Origin: Macrostomum lignano
Lineage: Eukaryota
NCBI GenBank assembly: GCA_002269645.1
Contig: NIVC01000507.1
Span: 186,001-250,000 of the forward strand
DNA length: 64,000 nt
Direction of reading: 5' to 3'
Under the pieces are notes generated by a model. That model did no database searches. It was not told where the DNA came from and saw only the letters and a list, made by a program, of their open reading frames with translations. Position numbers and translations under genes: made by a program. Positions within the stretch are counted from its first letter, which is position 1, and each line of letters opens with the position of its first letter. Positions 59,950 to 64,000 of this stretch are shown here, in pieces.

Positions 59950-62900
59950 TGAAATCCCATAGCCGCTCTGATATCGCCATAGCCGCTCTGATATCCCATA
60001 GCCACTCTGATATCCCCATAGCCACTCTGATATCACCATAGCCACTCTGATATCACCATAGCCACTCTGATATGCCCATAGCCACTCTGATATCCCATAG
60101 CCACTCTGATATCCCATAGCCACTCTGATATCCCCATAGCCACTCTGATATCACCATAGCCACTCTGATATCCCATAGCCACTCTGATATCCCATAGCCA
60201 CTCTGATATCCCATAGCCACTCTGATATCACCATAGCCACTCTGATATCCCCATAGCCACTCTGATATCCCATAGCCGCTCTGATATCCCATAGCCACTC
60301 TGATATCCCATAGCCACTCTGATATCCCATAGCCACTCTGATATCCCATAGCCACTCTGATATCCCATAGCCACTCTGATATCCCATAGCCACTCTGATA
60401 TCACCATAGCCGCTCTGATATCCCATAGCCACTCTGATATCCCATAGCCACTCTGATATCCCATAGCCACTCTGATATCCCATAGCCACTCTGATATCCC
60501 CATAGCCACTCTGATATCACCATAGCCACTCTGATATCCCCATAGCCGCTCTGATATCCCCATAGCCGCTCTGATATCCCCATAGCTTCTGGCACCCTGA
60601 TATCGCCATAGCCACTCTGATATCCCATAGCCACTCTGATATCCCCATAGCCACTCTGATATCCCCATAGCCACTCTGATATCACCATAGCCGCTCTGAT
60701 ATCCCATAGCCGCTCTGATATCCCATAGCCACTCTGATATCCCATAGCCACTCTGATATCCCATAGCCACTCTGATATCCCCATAGCCGCTCTGATATCC
60801 CCATAGCTTCTGGCACCCTGATATCGCCATAGCCACTCTGATATCCCCATAGCTTCTGGCACCCTGATATCGCCATAGCCACTCTGATATCCCCATAGCT
60901 TCTGGCACCCTGATATCGCCATAGCCACTCTGATATCCCATAGCCACTCTGATATCACCATAGCCACTCTGATATCCCATAGCCACTCTGATATCCCCAT
61001 AGCCACTCTGATATCCCCATAGCCACTCTGATATCACCATAGCCACTCTGATATCCCATAGCCTCTCTGATATCCCCATAGCCACTCTGATATGCCCATA
61101 GCCACTCTGATATCCCCATAGCCACTCTGATATCCCATAGCCACTCTGATATCCCATAGCCACTCTGATATCACCATAGCCACTCTGATATCCCCATAGC
61201 CACTCTGATATCCCATAGCCACTCTGATATCCCCATAGCCACTCTGATATCCCCATAGCTTCTGGCACCCTGATATCGCCATAGCCACTCTGATATCCCC
61301 ATAGCTTCTGGCACCCTGATATCGCCATAGCCACTCTGATATCCCATAGCCACTCTGATATCACCATAGCCACTCTGATATCCCATAGCCACTCTGATAT
61401 CCCCATAGCCACTCTGATATCCCCATAGCCACTCTGATATCACCATAGCCACTCTGATATCCCATAGCCTCTCTGATATCCCCATAGCCACTCTGATATG
61501 CCCATAGCCACTCTGATATCCCCATAGCCACTCTGATATCCCATAGCCACTCTGATATCCCATAGCCACTCTGATATCACCATAGCCACTCTGATATCCC
61601 CATAGCCACTATGATATCACCATAGCCACTCTGATATCCCCATAGCCACTCTGATATCCCATAGCCACTCTGATATCCCATAGCCACTCTGATATCCCCA
61701 TAGCCACTCTGATATCACCATAGCCACTCTGATATCACCATAGCCTCTCTGATATCCCCATAGCCACTCTGATATGCCCATAGCCACTCTGATATCCCCA
61801 TAGCCACTCTGATATGCCCATAGCCACTCTGATATCCCCATAGCCACTCTGATATGCCCATAGCCACTCTGATATCCCCATAGCCACTCTGATATCACCA
61901 TAGCCACTCTGATATCCCATAGCCACTCTGATATCCCATAGCCACTCTGATATCACCATAGCCACTCTGATATCCCCATAGCCACTCTGATATCACCATA
62001 GCCACTCTGATATCCCATAGCCACTCTGATATCCCCATAGCCACTATGATATCCCATAGCCACTCTGATATCCCCATAGCCACTATGATATCACCATAGC
62101 CACTCTGATATCCCCATAGCCACTCTGATATCACCATAGCCACTCTGATATCACCATAGCCTCTCTGATATCCCCATAGCCACTCTGATATGCCCATAGC
62201 CACTCTGATATCCCCATAGCCACTCTGATATGCCCATAGCCACTCTGATATCCCCATAGCTTCTGGCACCCTGATATCGCCATAGCCACTCTGATATCCC
62301 CATAGCTTCTGGCACCCTGATATCGCCATAGCCACTCTGATATCCCCATAGCCACTCTGATATCACCATAGCCACTCTGATATCACCATAGCCACTCTGA
62401 TATCCCATAGCCTCTCTGATATCCCATAGCCACTCTGATATCCCATAGCCTCTCTGATATCCCATAGCCACTCTGATATCCCATAGCCACTCTGATATCC
62501 CATAGCCACTCTGATATCCCCATAGCCACTCTGATATCACCATAGCCACTCTGATATCCCATAGCCACTCTGATATCCCATAGCCACTCTGATATCCCCA
62601 TAGCCACTCTGATATCACCATAGCCACTCTGATATCCCATAGCCTCTCTGATATCCCCATAGCCACTCTGATATGCCCATAGCCACTCTGATATCCCCAT
62701 AGCCACTCTGATATCCCATAGCCACTCTGATATCCCATAGCCACTCTGATATCACCATAGCCACTCTGATATCCCCATAGCCACTATGATATCACCATAG
62801 CCACTCTGATATCCCATAGCCACTCTGATATCCCCATAGCCACTCTGATATCCCATAGCCACTCTGATATCCCATAGCCACTCTGATATCACCATAGCCA

Positions 62901-63490
62901 CTCTGATATCACCATAGCCTCTCTGATATCCCCATAGCCACTCTGATATGCCCATAGCCACTCTGATATCCCCATAGCCACTCTGATATGCCCATAGCCA
63001 CTCTGATATCCCCATAGCCACTCTGATATGCCCATAGCCACTCTGATATCCCCATAGCTTCTGGCACCCTGATATCGCCATAGCCACTCTGATATCCCCA
63101 TAGCTTCTGGCACCCTGATATCGCCATAGCCACTCTGATATCCCCATAGCCACTCTGATATCACCATAGCCACTCTGATATCACCATAGCCACTCTGATA
63201 TCCCATAGCCTCTCTGATATCCCCATAGCCACTCTGATATCCCCATAGCCTCTCTGATATCCCCATAGCCACTCTGATATCCTCATAGCCACTCTGATAT
63301 CCCCATAGCCACTCTGACATCCCTGATATCCTCATAGCTTCACTCTGACATCCCTGATATCATCATAGCTTCACTCTGACATCCCTGATATCCTCATAGC
63401 TTCACTCTGACATCCCTGATATCCTCATAGCTTCACTCTGACATCCCTGATATCCTCATAGCTTCACCCTGACATCCCCATAGCCACCCT
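59950..63490. repeat. ~3.5-kb 19/20-bp satellite (ATAGCCACTCTGATATCCC)n with interspersed CTTCTGGCACCCTG variant units
   Basis: Direct periodicity; source of all GYQSGYG ORFs. Confidence 0.97.
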
Positions 63491-63576
63491 GGCATAGCTA
63501 GGTGCATCCGACCCGGTGTCCACCTATCACTTCTCTCTATACTATTATGCATGAAACTCCTGCACTCGCTCAAGCC

Positions 63577-64000
63577 ATGGTGGTATTCACCTGCGAAGCC
63601 TGTAACGAATCGTTAAAAAAGAACAAAGTCGAACAGCACCTCTATCGATGCAAACGAGCCCGTCACGTGACCTGCATCGACTGTCAAGTGGATTTCGATC
63701 GGGAATCGTTTAAATCGCACACTTCTTGCATCTCGGAGATGGAGAAATACTCCGGGCCTGGCTACGTTGCTAAGCCCTCGGCTAATAAAGGCGCTAAGAA
63801 GCAGGACGACTGGTTCCAACGGGTGCAGTCAGCGATTGACAGCTGCCACCAGCAGCCCAATAGTCCTCTATCCCGCGTACTGTACAAAGTACGCGAATCG
63901 TCCAACGTGCCTAGAAAGCAGGCTAAATTTATTAATTTCTGCCGCAACAGCCTGCCCTGGGTTAATCAGGCTGTTATTCAGCAGGCCTGGGATTTGCTAA
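63577..64000 (+). CDS. LYAR: LYAR-type nucleolar zinc-finger protein, N-terminal part (runs off the window; absent from the ORF track)
   Basis: Hand translation: MVVFTCEACNESLKKNKVEQHLYRCKRARHVTCIDCQVDFDRESFKSHTSCISEMEKY..NKGAKKQDDW..NVPRKQAKFINFCRNSL..AWDLL (two C2HC fingers plus the LYAR conserved domain). Confidence 0.93.
   Translation, partial: MVVFTCEACNESLKKNKVEQHLYRCKRARHVTCIDCQVDFDRESFKSHTSCISEMEKYSGPGYVAKPSANKGAKKQDDWFQRVQSAIDSCHQQPNSPLSRVLYKVRESSNVPRKQAKFINFCRNSLPWVNQAVIQQAWDLL

Noticed and set aside
1-63490. Long repetitive ORFs (MKGGQCEI, MQTQTQKD, ENMESAVYG, GYQSGYG, LANPLLC and similar) as real proteins
   Set aside because: They are translations of tandem repeats, open in several frames and on both strands, and lie in introns or intergenic DNA.

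Overview
Eukaryotic (animal) genomic DNA with GT-AG introns, the standard code, GC-rich low-complexity exons and very many private minisatellites. The style resembles a free-living flatworm such as Macrostomum, but that is inference only. Hand-built gene models: (1) a minus-strand membrane-anchored C2H2-like protein (5.1-7.5 kb); (2) a divergent minus-strand Nuclear Factor I-like gene, with N-terminal and DNA-binding exons at 34.3-39.4 kb that probably splice across a ~20.6 kb intron to three low-complexity exons at 10.1-13.7 kb; (3) a DNA polymerase lambda locus with three inactivating lesions; (4) a tentative SLX9/FAM207A-like ORF; (5) the start of LYAR, which the ORF track misses. Mobile DNA: a 5'-truncated RT+RNase H LINE with an intact frame inserted in a 24-bp satellite (15-bp TSD); a hAT deletion derivative and a Foldback/MULE-like element with overlapping TSDs; three copies of a tRNA-derived CORE-like SINE; a hAT MITE nested in one SINE; and a probable longer relative of that MITE. 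A sharply bounded CpG-depleted domain spans ~41-53.5 kb, and the SINE copy inside it has lost essentially every alignable CpG by transition. There is no CRISPR array or prokaryotic system, and most short ORFs in the track are translations of tandem repeats. I see no single wholly new system. The best leads are the divergent NFI (redox Cys replaced by Gly), the CpG-decay domain, the twin-transposon site, the CORE-like SINE and the satellite-embedded LINE.
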